Below, one piece after another: positions 53,434-61,998 of a stretch of DNA of 64,000 bases. The notes beneath the pieces were generated by a model. That model was given only the letters and a program-made list of their open reading frames with translations. It was not told the DNA's origin and did not search any database. Origin of the DNA: an uncultured Adlercreutzia sp. (GTDB lineage: Bacteria > Actinomycetota > Coriobacteriia > Coriobacteriales > Eggerthellaceae); assembly GCF_951801035.1 (NCBI RefSeq), contig NZ_CATOKT010000002.1; one strand, given 5' to 3'. The translations under genes were made by a program, and so were the position numbers. Positions within the stretch are counted from its first letter, which is position 1. Each line of letters opens with the position of its first letter.

Positions 53434-53601
53434 GGGAGCTCCTTCGGTTCCGCGTCTGCTGCGCCCGATGCGCAGGCCGTCAATGAGGTTGCCGAACAGT
53501 CTAGCAAATCTGAAAAGCGGACGGGGGTGCGCCTGTGTCAAGGGCGCTTCGGGGGCCGTGAGCAGTCGTCCTTGCAGGCGCCTTATGTCTCGGACGGATG
53601 A

Positions 53602-54006
53602 CTAGGCACCCGTTTCGTCCGTGGGCTCCTCATCCGTGCCGCTCTCTGCCTTCGCCTCCGCTTCGGCGGCGGCTTGGGCGGTCTCCTCCTTGGCGGCGAA
53701 CTCTTCCAGCGCTGCCAGGAACTCGTCGGCCTCGGGGGCGTAGCTCAGGTCTTCAGGATGCGGAAGGGTACCGGCGGCTAAGGGGCCCAAGGGGCCGCCG
53801 AAACAGTCATCCCAATAGGCACGACCCAGCTGCGAGGCGGGCACCTCCGGGTCAAGCTCGAAGGCCTCGCACACCCAGCGCGGAATGGGCGTCAGGTTCA
53901 TGAGTCCGAACAAGAGCAGCAGACTGAGGAAGGTGCCGATTGCCTGCACGTTCTGGCGGCGCTTCACGGCGCGGTCCACAGCGTTGGTTTCGGGGGCAAT
54001 TCTCAC
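53602..54006 (-). CDS. small single-TM protein with acidic C-terminal tail (last gene of the six-gene operon)
   Basis: GTG start preceded by GGAGG, 3 nt after the kinase stop. TM segment IGTFLSLLLLFGLMNL. Tail EETAQAAAEAEAKAESGTDEEPTDE. Confidence 0.45.
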   Translation of the reverse strand: MRIAPETNAVDRAVKRRQNVQAIGTFLSLLLLFGLMNLTPIPRWVCEAFELDPEVPASQLGRAYWDDCFGGPLGPLAAGTLPHPEDLSYAPEADEFLAALEEFAAKEETAQAAAEAEAKAESGTDEEPTDETGA

Positions 54007-54009
54007 GGC

Positions 54010-56916
54010 CTACCTCCGGAAGATCGAGAAGACGAAGTAGATGACCAGCAGGACAAACGCGATGAAGCCCAGGGCCACGGCCAGATAGGGGATCACGCAG
54101 GCAATGGTCAGCAGGCAGAGTGTGACCATGGTGGGGTGTTCGCGCCGCAAAAAAGCAATGATGCCGAAGGACGCCGCGGCCAGGCCGCAGTAGGCGATGC
54201 CCCAGGACAACTGGTTCTCCAGAAACTCGAAGGAGAACTCGCTGGCAATATCGCTCCAGCTGTCGTAGCCGAGCCCCGCGGTGGTCACCAAGGTGATGCA
54301 GACGGCGGCCAGGGCGGCGCCGCCCCAGAAGAGCAGCTTCGTCAGGCGGGTGGACGTGGCGCGCGGGTGGCGCCGGGCGCGGGTCTTGGCAATGAACACG
54401 CTGGTGTCGCGCACGACGGGCACCGCGCCCTCCTCGGTGCCGGTAATCCAGCCCTCGGCCTCGCCGTCGCCGTCGGCAATGCGGAGTGCCTCCTTTCGCA
54501 GGGCGGTGGCGCGGCGACGGGTGCGTCCCTTGGTCTGCACGCCCTGGATGGCGAAGACGGCCTCGGCCAGTTTGGGCGCCAGCACGGAGGCCGCGGCCGC
54601 CAAAAAGCCCAGCAGTGCCAGGCCGGTGAAGGTGGCTGTGGGAATAGCTGAGATATCCAGCAGCGCATCGGGATAGACCGAGCCGGCGCCCATGCCGGTG
54701 GGCGACACCAGCACGGTGGAAGCCGTGGCCAACGGGTCTCCCGCATGGGTCACGCCGGATTTCCAGGTGCCGAAGGTGAAGCGGGGGACGAAGCAGCACA
54801 CGAACAGGACAAAGGCCAGGGCGGCGGCCAGCCGCGCGAAAAAGGCCGGCTTGGAAACCCCGTCGATGGGCGCTCCCTTGCGCTCGGCATCGGCCAGGGC
54901 GTCCACTTCGGTGGCCGCGTTCTCGAGGGCGGTTTTGGCGTCCTGGGCCAAGTCCCAGCTGCGATGGCCCCAGTTTGCCGCCTTGGCGCGGGCGACGGCT
55001 GCGGAATCGGCGGCCGAAGCCTCCATGAGTGCGCCGATAAAGCCTCGCGGTACGGGGCGGTCGAACAGCTCGCTGGAGAAATAGGCGGCGGCTGTGGCGG
55101 GTACGACGGTCTCATGGTCGCGCACGATGCCGAACCGGTGGAGGTGGGGGCTCGCCTCGCAATGGCTCTCCAGGGCTTCGGCGGCCTCGACCAGGGTGGC
55201 GCGCGCCTCGGCCGCTTCGGCCAAGGGCGCGGCGGGGTCGAGTGTCACGGCGCCCACGGCGCGCACCAGGCGCTCGCCCGCGGGGGTGCGCCCCTGGTAG
55301 AGCCGTAGGTTTTCCTGTACCCACACGGCCCAGCCGGCGCTGTCGTAGCGGAAGGCGAAGGTGCGCACGGCGCCCGCGTCATCGGTGGTGGCTTCCAGTA
55401 CGGCCAGGGTGCGGTCGACGCGATCGGCCAAGGGAGCCTCGTCGTGGGTGCGCAGCCACGCAAGGGCCGTGTTCGCCACTTCCGGGAAGCCGGCCACGGC
55501 CACGACGCCCAGCACGTCGCGCAGGGCATCTTCGTCGCCTACGATGCGATAGAAGCCCAGGGGCGTGGCGGCTATGCGGGTGAACAGCGCGCCCACGGCG
55601 GCCCGTCCCGGCACCAGGGCCTCGCCCTTCCAGAACACCACCTCGCGGGCCGGATCGATCAGGGCCAAGGCGCGGGAGAGCCCCAAATCCTCGTTGCCGT
55701 CCAGAGCGTCGGGCAGGGTGTCCGGTTCCTTATCGGTCAGATCGTTCAAGGCCACGGCCAGGTCGGTTTCGCCCAGTTTGCGGAAGTAGTCCTCCAAGCC
55801 GTGGGTGTACAGGTGCCGTTTGGCTTTCTCCCAGTTCTGGGCCAGAGCCGTCACCAAGGCGGCACGGCTTTCGTAGACCGTGCCTTCGAACTGGTAGCCC
55901 GCGGGCCCGGCCATGGCGGCGGCATCCAGTGGGTCACGGTAGGTGAAGGCGGCAGGATTGGCCAGCCAGCGCTGGATGTCCTCATAGCCCAGGCGTCCCT
56001 TGGCGTGGGCGTAGGTCAGGCCGTAGATGAGCGCGCCAAGGCTCTCGTGCTCGGGGGCGCGGGCGGCGAAGGCCACGGGACGGCCGCCGGCCAACACGGC
56101 GGACAGGTCGTCGCCGTCGATGAGCGTCTGATGAGGGTGGCGGCCGCCGTTGTACAGCGTCCAGATGGTGTAGCCCAGGGCGTACCAGTCGTTCTCGCGC
56201 TGCACCACCGAGGAGTGGGGCGAGTAGCCGGGGGTGCGGCGGTCCACCTTGGTGGCGCCGGTGTCGCGGCCCTCTTCCAGTACCGACGAGATGCCGAAAT
56301 CGCCCAGCACCACGGCGTCTCCCAGGGTGTAGAGGTTCTTCGGCTTCACGTCGCGGTGCACAATGCCGCGCTCGTGTAAAAGGTGCAGGGCGCTGGCCGT
56401 TTGGGGAATGACGCGGTCGCGCAAATCCTCGTAGGTGATGTCCGCGGCGTGGGAGAAGCGGTCGACGCACAGCGGCATGACGGCCACATCGTAGGTGGTC
56501 TCGCCGAGCCCCGGCACCGTGTCGCGCACCTGGCCCGTGGCGTAGAGCGGCATGAGATGTGTTTCCTCGAAATGGCGCTCGCCTAAGGGGTGCTCGGTCA
56601 TGAGCGAGCGCAGGTAGGCCAGCACCGTACGCCGGGCCATGCGGTCGCGCACGGCGTGGGGCTGGAAGGCAATCTTCGCCGCATAGATGCGGCCGTCCTC
56701 GTCGGTGGCCCGCACCACGGTGCCCTGGCCGCCGGCGCCGATGACGTCGGCTGTGTGCAGGGTGAAGGCGCGATCGCCGTCGCCGGTGAAGGGCAGGTCG
56801 TCGCCTGACAGCAGCGGGGCGGTACTGTCCAAGTCCACCACCGTGGGCTCGGCGTCCACGATGGTGGGCGCCACGGCGCGGCGCGGCTCGCGGGATATGC
56901 GATCGCTAGCAGCCAT
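54010..56916 (-). CDS. Ser/Thr protein kinase with ~600-aa uncharacterised central region and polytopic C-terminus
   Basis: AAKIAF (VAIK-like), HRDVKPKNLY, GDFGISS, TPGYSP. At least 5 C-terminal TM segments (LAAALAFVLFVCCFVP; GLALLGFLAAAASVLAP; FWGGAALAAVCITLVTTA; GIAYCGLAAASFGIIAF; VTLCLLTIACVIPYLAVALGFIAFVLLVIYFVF). Start at Met16 (56916); 56961 is also possible. Confidence 0.85.
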   Translation of the reverse strand: MAASDRISREPRRAVAPTIVDAEPTVVDLDSTAPLLSGDDLPFTGDGDRAFTLHTADVIGAGGQGTVVRATDEDGRIYAAKIAFQPHAVRDRMARRTVLAYLRSLMTEHPLGERHFEETHLMPLYATGQVRDTVPGLGETTYDVAVMPLCVDRFSHAADITYEDLRDRVIPQTASALHLLHERGIVHRDVKPKNLYTLGDAVVLGDFGISSVLEEGRDTGATKVDRRTPGYSPHSSVVQRENDWYALGYTIWTLYNGGRHPHQTLIDGDDLSAVLAGGRPVAFAARAPEHESLGALIYGLTYAHAKGRLGYEDIQRWLANPAAFTYRDPLDAAAMAGPAGYQFEGTVYESRAALVTALAQNWEKAKRHLYTHGLEDYFRKLGETDLAVALNDLTDKEPDTLPDALDGNEDLGLSRALALIDPAREVVFWKGEALVPGRAAVGALFTRIAATPLGFYRIVGDEDALRDVLGVVAVAGFPEVANTALAWLRTHDEAPLADRVDRTLAVLEATTDDAGAVRTFAFRYDSAGWAVWVQENLRLYQGRTPAGERLVRAVGAVTLDPAAPLAEAAEARATLVEAAEALESHCEASPHLHRFGIVRDHETVVPATAAAYFSSELFDRPVPRGFIGALMEASAADSAAVARAKAANWGHRSWDLAQDAKTALENAATEVDALADAERKGAPIDGVSKPAFFARLAAALAFVLFVCCFVPRFTFGTWKSGVTHAGDPLATASTVLVSPTGMGAGSVYPDALLDISAIPTATFTGLALLGFLAAAASVLAPKLAEAVFAIQGVQTKGRTRRRATALRKEALRIADGDGEAEGWITGTEEGAVPVVRDTSVFIAKTRARRHPRATSTRLTKLLFWGGAALAAVCITLVTTAGLGYDSWSDIASEFSFEFLENQLSWGIAYCGLAAASFGIIAFLRREHPTMVTLCLLTIACVIPYLAVALGFIAFVLLVIYFVFSIFRR

Positions 56917-59041
56917 GGGGGCCTTCCGACGTCGGCTGGACGGGGGCGACAGGTTCGGCATCGTCGTGCGGGGCCGGCTGTGGCGTCCCCGTTGCGGCCG
57001 CCTGCGGTGTCAAGCGCCCCGTGGCGGCGGCTCCGCCCACGAAAGGCGCGCGCCCGCTGTCGGGGTTGGCGCGGCTGAACGTCAGGCCCGCGCTGTCTAC
57101 CCGCACCTCCACGGCTTCGCCCGCTTGTACGTTGGCGTCGAAGATGAAGGAGGCTAGGGGGTTCAGGTAGGCGTTCTCCACCAGGTTGCCGATGCCGCGG
57201 CCGCCGTTCTCGCGCACGGCCGGCGCCAGGGCCTGCTCGGCCAGCCACTGCACGGCAGCGTCGGAGGGCGCCACGGTGATGCCGCAGCGCGTGCGCACGT
57301 TGCGGTTGATCTTCCCCAGCTGGGCGTCAAGGATCAGGCGCGAGGCCTCGGGGGAGATGTAGTCGAACACCACGATGTTGTCACCGATGCGGTTGAGCAC
57401 TTCGGGCTTGAAGTGCGTGGCCATGGCGGCCTCTACTTTCGCCTGGATGGCGTCGTAGGGCTCGCCCGGCTCCACGATGTTGCGGCGGCCGATGATGCGC
57501 CCATGCTCATCGAGCACCTCTTCGGAAATGCCCACGTTGCTGGTGAAGAAGATGAGGGTTTCGCTGAAGTACACCGTCTGGCCCTGGCCGTCGGTCATGC
57601 GGCCGTCCTCCAGAATTTGCAGGAACTTGTCCATGATGGAGGGATGGGCCTTCTCCACCTCGTCGAACAGCAGCACCGAGAAGGGGTTGGCGCGCACGGC
57701 GTTGGTCAGCTGGCCGCCGGCCTCGTAGCCCACGTAGCCAGGCGGGGCGCCGAAGAGCTTCTGATCGGCGTTCTCGGCGGCGTACTCGGACATGTCGAAA
57801 CGCAGGTAGCTGCGCTCGTCGCCGAACAAAAGTTCGGTAACGGCCTTCACCATCTCGGTTTTGCCCGTGCCCGTGGGGCCGGCTAGGAGCAGGACGCCCT
57901 TGGGCTTGGTGCCCGAGGAGTGCTGCATGCCGGAGAACCCGAGCACCGAGCGCTTCAGCACCGAGACGATCTTCTCGATGGCGGCCTCCTGGCCCTTCAC
58001 GCGGCGGCGCAGGGCGTCGTCGGGGCGGTCGCGCAGCTTGTCGAGCATGGCGGTCCACTGGTTCTCGCGGATGCCGTACTTGTACAGGTCCACCAGCTCG
58101 GGAATGGCCGCGGGCTCGGTGCCTCCGCGGGCGTAGAGGCGGCGCAGCTCGTCGAGCTCGGCCAGCTTCATGGCGTCGGTGGTGTCGATGAACTTGCTGC
58201 GCACCTTGGCCTGGGCCGGGTCGTGCAGGTCGGGGAAGGCCACGTCGATGAAGGCCTCGCGGGCCGGCCGGTCGGGGTTGGGCAGCGAGATAACGCGCAC
58301 GTCGGGGTTGCCGCGCAAAAGCCACGAGGGCAGGTCGGAGGCTTTGTTCACCACTAGCACCAGGGTGTTCACGTGGGAGCCGTCGCCGCGGATGGCGTCT
58401 TGGGCGCCGATGAGGAGGTTCATGAACACGGCGTTCTCCTCGGGGGTGAGGTCCTCGGGGCTCGAGGCCACGCGGCTGGCCAGATCGAAGACGCAGGCGA
58501 TGGAGGAGGGGCTGGGGGCGGCTGGCGCGGGAGAGTTGCCGGCGGCGTTGGCCGTGGCGGCGTCTGTGGTGACCTGGGCGCTTGGTGCCGCAGGTGCCGC
58601 AGGTGCCGCGGGAGCCGTCTCGGTGTCAAGGCGCCGCGACAGGGCGGCGCGCACCAGGAGCGAGTCGTGCACCAGGCGGTTGGCGGCGAAGGGCTGTTGG
58701 CGACTGGCGGGATCGCTGGCCGGATTGAGTGCCTCGGCCTCGCGCGAGATGAGCTCCGCCTGACGCTCGGCCGCCTGAGCCAAGGCGCGGGCCTCGCCGG
58801 TGCCCGTCGGGTCGGTAATGCCGCGCAAGGGGTCGACGAACAGGAAGCGATAGGGCCGGGGGCGGTTGCCGTCAAAGCCGGCGAACAGGAGGGGAAGCAC
58901 CTGGTTGAGCCCAAGGAACTGGGGTTCGGCCTGATCGGCGGCCTGCCAGGGATAGCAATCGGCCACGTTGCCTTCCAGAACGAAGATGGGCTTGATGCCG
59001 ACGAAGTTGTCTAGCTCGCGTTGCCAAGTGGGTGCGGTCAT
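56906..59041 (-). CDS. AAA+ ATPase: degenerate N-terminal AAA-like module plus ClpA/ClpB-D2-type active module
   Basis: C-terminal half: LLLAGPTGTGKTEMVKAV, LLFDEVEKAHPSIMDKFLQILEDGRMTD, IFFTSNVG, NRIGDNIVVFDY. N-terminal half has AAA-like strand/lid patterns (VLVVNKASDLPSWLLRGNPDVRVISLPNPDRPAREAF) but no GxxGxGK[ST]. Confidence 0.85.
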   Translation of the reverse strand: MTAPTWQRELDNFVGIKPIFVLEGNVADCYPWQAADQAEPQFLGLNQVLPLLFAGFDGNRPRPYRFLFVDPLRGITDPTGTGEARALAQAAERQAELISREAEALNPASDPASRQQPFAANRLVHDSLLVRAALSRRLDTETAPAAPAAPAAPSAQVTTDAATANAAGNSPAPAAPSPSSIACVFDLASRVASSPEDLTPEENAVFMNLLIGAQDAIRGDGSHVNTLVLVVNKASDLPSWLLRGNPDVRVISLPNPDRPAREAFIDVAFPDLHDPAQAKVRSKFIDTTDAMKLAELDELRRLYARGGTEPAAIPELVDLYKYGIRENQWTAMLDKLRDRPDDALRRRVKGQEAAIEKIVSVLKRSVLGFSGMQHSSGTKPKGVLLLAGPTGTGKTEMVKAVTELLFGDERSYLRFDMSEYAAENADQKLFGAPPGYVGYEAGGQLTNAVRANPFSVLLFDEVEKAHPSIMDKFLQILEDGRMTDGQGQTVYFSETLIFFTSNVGISEEVLDEHGRIIGRRNIVEPGEPYDAIQAKVEAAMATHFKPEVLNRIGDNIVVFDYISPEASRLILDAQLGKINRNVRTRCGITVAPSDAAVQWLAEQALAPAVRENGGRGIGNLVENAYLNPLASFIFDANVQAGEAVEVRVDSAGLTFSRANPDSGRAPFVGGAAATGRLTPQAAATGTPQPAPHDDAEPVAPVQPTSEGPHGC

Positions 59042-59703
59042 GGCCGTTCCTCCTTCGGGGGCCGCCCGTGGATGCCGATGGAAAGCGCGCGGCCGTCGAA
59101 CACGGCGTTTTGAATGCGCCGTGGCTTCTGCTCCTCTTCATGATAAAGGTTTTCCAGGTGGGGCGAGCGCACGATCACCCGCTGATTGGTGGATCCGCGC
59201 AGGCCGCAACGCCCATCGTTGAGGGCGGCCACGTAAGGACCGTCGATGATGACGTCAATGAGGGGTGCGAGTGCGGTGGGAAGGCGGCGGCGCAGAAGGG
59301 ATCCGGCGGTCGATGGAGAGCAGCCATCGAGGCTGGTCTGCGGGGGAAGGAGGCCGATTGGCGCACCCCTTGAGGAGAGTGCCTCGTCTTCCAGCACGAA
59401 TCCAGTGTACACCAGGATGTCGTCGAAGGCAGGACGTATGGCCGTCAGGACTTCGGCCAGGTCATCAGCTTGCTCCAAGGGGTCGCCGCCGGTGATGGTA
59501 AGGCGGTGGGCGCCGGTGCGGGCCGCCACGCCCAAGAGGAGTTCGGTTACGCGCTCGTTGGGAAGAGCGGCATCAGGGCGTGTCTCCCATAACTCGGGAT
59601 TCGCGCAACCGGGGCAGTGCTTGGTGCAGCCGCAGGTCCACACGACGATGCGCTCGCCAGGGCCGAGGGTGGTCACCGGGTAGTAAAGGCGATCGACGAA
59701 CAT
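59038..59703 (-). CDS. NrdG/PflA-like radical-SAM activase (4Fe-4S single-cluster domain)
   Basis: YYPVTTLGPGERIVVWTCGCTKHCPGCANPELW with CX3CX2C (codons at 59605-59628), and ITGGDPLEQ. Start at Met134 of track ORF 59038..60102. ATGA overlap with the AAA+ gene. Confidence 0.8.
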   Translation of the reverse strand: MFVDRLYYPVTTLGPGERIVVWTCGCTKHCPGCANPELWETRPDAALPNERVTELLLGVAARTGAHRLTITGGDPLEQADDLAEVLTAIRPAFDDILVYTGFVLEDEALSSRGAPIGLLPPQTSLDGCSPSTAGSLLRRRLPTALAPLIDVIIDGPYVAALNDGRCGLRGSTNQRVIVRSPHLENLYHEEEQKPRRIQNAVFDGRALSIGIHGRPPKEERP

Positions 59704-59705
59704 AG

Positions 59706-60506
59706 TTAGGCGTGGGGAAGGGGCCGCGGCGCGATGCGGGCGATATGCCGCGCGTCCAGGGGATCTTGGCAGAAGGAGCACTGGGCGACGCGCTCTTCGG
59801 ATGAGGCCACCGCGTGTTCGGTGCCGCAGACGGGGCAGCGGACAGACCAGGCAAGGGGTGGTTCCGGGGTGATGACGCTTTGGCCGGGCGCGTCTACGTC
59901 CCCGAGGAGCACCGCGACGGGTGCGCCAGTGGCGTTGCGGGCGGCCGCCGCGGTGGTGGCGTCGGAGCCGGTTGTCGTGGCGATGGCGCCAGCTTCTGAG
60001 GTAGCTACGGCGGCTAAAGACACGCGGAACACCATATCGGCCAGCTTCAGCGTTTCGCCCCCGAAGAGGGGCTCGGGCTCGCCGGTGCGCAAGGTGGTCC
60101 ACGATCCGCCCCGCTCTACGGACGAACCGTTACGCCCCAGATGCTCGATGGTCCAGTGGCCCTCCTCGTCGCAGACCACGAGAGCATGGACGCCGGAGAC
60201 GCGGGGTGAGAAGGAGTCGGGCTCGAAATCGCCGGCGCGGCCGAGGAGGCCGCCCGGGGCGGGGATGGAGATTGCGCCGCCGCGCGCATTTTCAAGTACG
60301 AGGGTGCGGGGAGCGCAGGGGGCACTGGAGGCGCGGGAGGCTTCCGCAGCAGGGGGTGCGTCCGGGGGCGTGGGGAATGAGTCCGCGTCCAGGGACGTGT
60401 TGGCACCGCCGTCGCTGCCGCTGCTGACGGCATTCAGGGTGCGGCCGCAGGCAACGCAGGTGGCTGCCGTGTCGGCGTTGGCGAATCCGCAGGGGCAAAG
60501 CTGCAT
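59706..60506 (-). CDS. FHA-domain protein flanked by N- and C-terminal zinc ribbons
   Basis: CPCGFANADTAATCVACG; FHA core LLGRAGD...SPRVSGVHALV...IEHLGRNGSSV...LKLADMVFRV; C-terminal CPVCG...CSFC. Confidence 0.8.
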   Translation of the reverse strand: MQLCPCGFANADTAATCVACGRTLNAVSSGSDGGANTSLDADSFPTPPDAPPAAEASRASSAPCAPRTLVLENARGGAISIPAPGGLLGRAGDFEPDSFSPRVSGVHALVVCDEEGHWTIEHLGRNGSSVERGGSWTTLRTGEPEPLFGGETLKLADMVFRVSLAAVATSEAGAIATTTGSDATTAAAARNATGAPVAVLLGDVDAPGQSVITPEPPLAWSVRCPVCGTEHAVASSEERVAQCSFCQDPLDARHIARIAPRPLPHA

Positions 60507-60507
60507 G

Positions 60508-61929
60508 CTACCTCATCTCCCTGGCGACCCCACCACTGCGCTTGCGACGACGGTGTGATGGGCTGGCGGGGGAAGCGCCGGCTGCGGAGGTGCCTGCCGT
60601 TTCGTGCTGCTGGATGCTCGCCCCCTGTTCGCCGTGCTCCTGCACTAATTCGCGGCAGAAAGCCTCAGAGGGCTCGGCACGATACTGGACGCGGTTGGTA
60701 ATGCCAAAGGCGGCCAGGTCGGCGGCTATCTCGTCATAGACGGCGCAGAAGTCGTGCTGGTTGGCCAGGAGCTCGTCGGTGCGCGTTCCCGGTGCAGCGG
60801 CTTCCAGGCAGACGGCCGCGTTTTCGGAGATGCTGTCGATACCGCTGGGCAGCCCTGTCACTTGTAGCATGAGATCGCCGCTGTCGGACAGGAAGGCGTG
60901 GAGTCCTTCCGTGGCCCCCTCGCGTCCAAAGAGGCGATGGTCGCCCGTCAGGTCGCGCCCCATGGTAACGGAGCGGCTGATGGTGTAGCCGTGACGCGCC
61001 ATGACCGTGTCGATGCAGGCCTGCAAGTAGGTGTTGCGGTCGGCCTCCTCCAGTTGGCGAAGCAGCATGTCGCGATAGGCCGCTGCCTCTTCCAAGGTGG
61101 CGCAGGAGGGCGCAGCGGCAACGGTGCAGCCCCGAGCGTGCAGCTGGCTCGTCGCGTCTTCGATGGCAGCTGTCAGCTCCCCGAAGGCGTGCGCATTCGA
61201 TTCCATGGCCGGCAAAAGCAACGTAAGCTGAGCGATGGTGTCAGGCTGCAGATTGCGCACGGTTTCCCGAAGAAGGGCCCGATCAGACGGTAGCGTATGG
61301 GGGCTCTCCAGAAGCGCCAGGGCTCGCTGGGCGGCCGCCTGGTCGTCGGCCGCGTCGCCACGGCTGGCCGTCACAGGGGAGCTTTTCGCTGTCGCCCCGT
61401 TGCTTGATATGCTCTTTGCGTCGGACGCGACAACCGTCCCGTCATCCGATGCGCTCGCCGTCTCCTTCGCGATGGCCGCTTCGTCTTCTGCAACCACCTC
61501 TTTCCGCTTAGCCGCCTCGGCCAGAAGCGCCAGGAAGTCGGCTTGATCCGCGCGGGAAGCCGCTCGGGCCCGGGCGCGCTCGGCGCGGGTGGCGAAGGGG
61601 GTGGTGTCGTTTTCGAAGGCGTCGGCGATACTGGCGGCCGAGCGGCCACACTGAGCCGCCGAGGCCGCGGAATCTTCCATGGCGGCGCACGGCTCAAAGG
61701 CGCATTCGGCATCCAAACGTGCCAACGCCGTGGCCGCTAGGGCACGTACCGATTCCGCAGCATCCTGTAGGGAAGGATCATCCCCGAAGGCGGCGAGCAG
61801 CGCATCTCGGCGAGCAAGAATGCGGGCTCGCGCTTTCGAGCGGGCGTTGTTCACGTCGGAGCGCAATGCGGCCAGCTGCGCCTGGATGCGCCGCTCGATT
61901 TCCAGCTGACTTGTCTTCGGCCCGCTCAT
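60508..61929 (-). CDS. hypothetical protein (first gene of the six-gene operon), Ala/charged helical N-half plus globular C-half
   Basis: 473 aa from Met19 of the track ORF (RBS AGGGGA). No motif I recognise. Its stop lies 1 nt before the FHA gene start. Confidence 0.5.
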   Translation of the reverse strand: MSGPKTSQLEIERRIQAQLAALRSDVNNARSKARARILARRDALLAAFGDDPSLQDAAESVRALAATALARLDAECAFEPCAAMEDSAASAAQCGRSAASIADAFENDTTPFATRAERARARAASRADQADFLALLAEAAKRKEVVAEDEAAIAKETASASDDGTVVASDAKSISSNGATAKSSPVTASRGDAADDQAAAQRALALLESPHTLPSDRALLRETVRNLQPDTIAQLTLLLPAMESNAHAFGELTAAIEDATSQLHARGCTVAAAPSCATLEEAAAYRDMLLRQLEEADRNTYLQACIDTVMARHGYTISRSVTMGRDLTGDHRLFGREGATEGLHAFLSDSGDLMLQVTGLPSGIDSISENAAVCLEAAAPGTRTDELLANQHDFCAVYDEIAADLAAFGITNRVQYRAEPSEAFCRELVQEHGEQGASIQQHETAGTSAAGASPASPSHRRRKRSGGVAREMR

Positions 61930-61998
61930 GGGAGTTCCCCTTTGCAACAAATAACGGTAACCGCCATTATAAAGGGAAAACAAGCGAGAGGAGTGCCG

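Noticed and set aside
60186-60203. RVSGVH in the FHA protein resembles the glycyl-radical fingerprint RVSGY, tempting as the activase substrate.
   Set aside because: It coincides with the canonical FHA S-x-x-H loop (preceded by GR, followed by NG), is mid-protein rather than C-terminal, and the residue after Gly is Val, not Tyr/Phe.
53602-61929. Interpretation as a type VI secretion threonine-phosphorylation module (ClpV/Fha/PpkA).
   Set aside because: No T6SS structural genes (TssB/C, Hcp, VgrG, TssM etc.) are in the window, the ATPase has a single active ring, and the host appears to be a Gram-positive-type actinobacterium.
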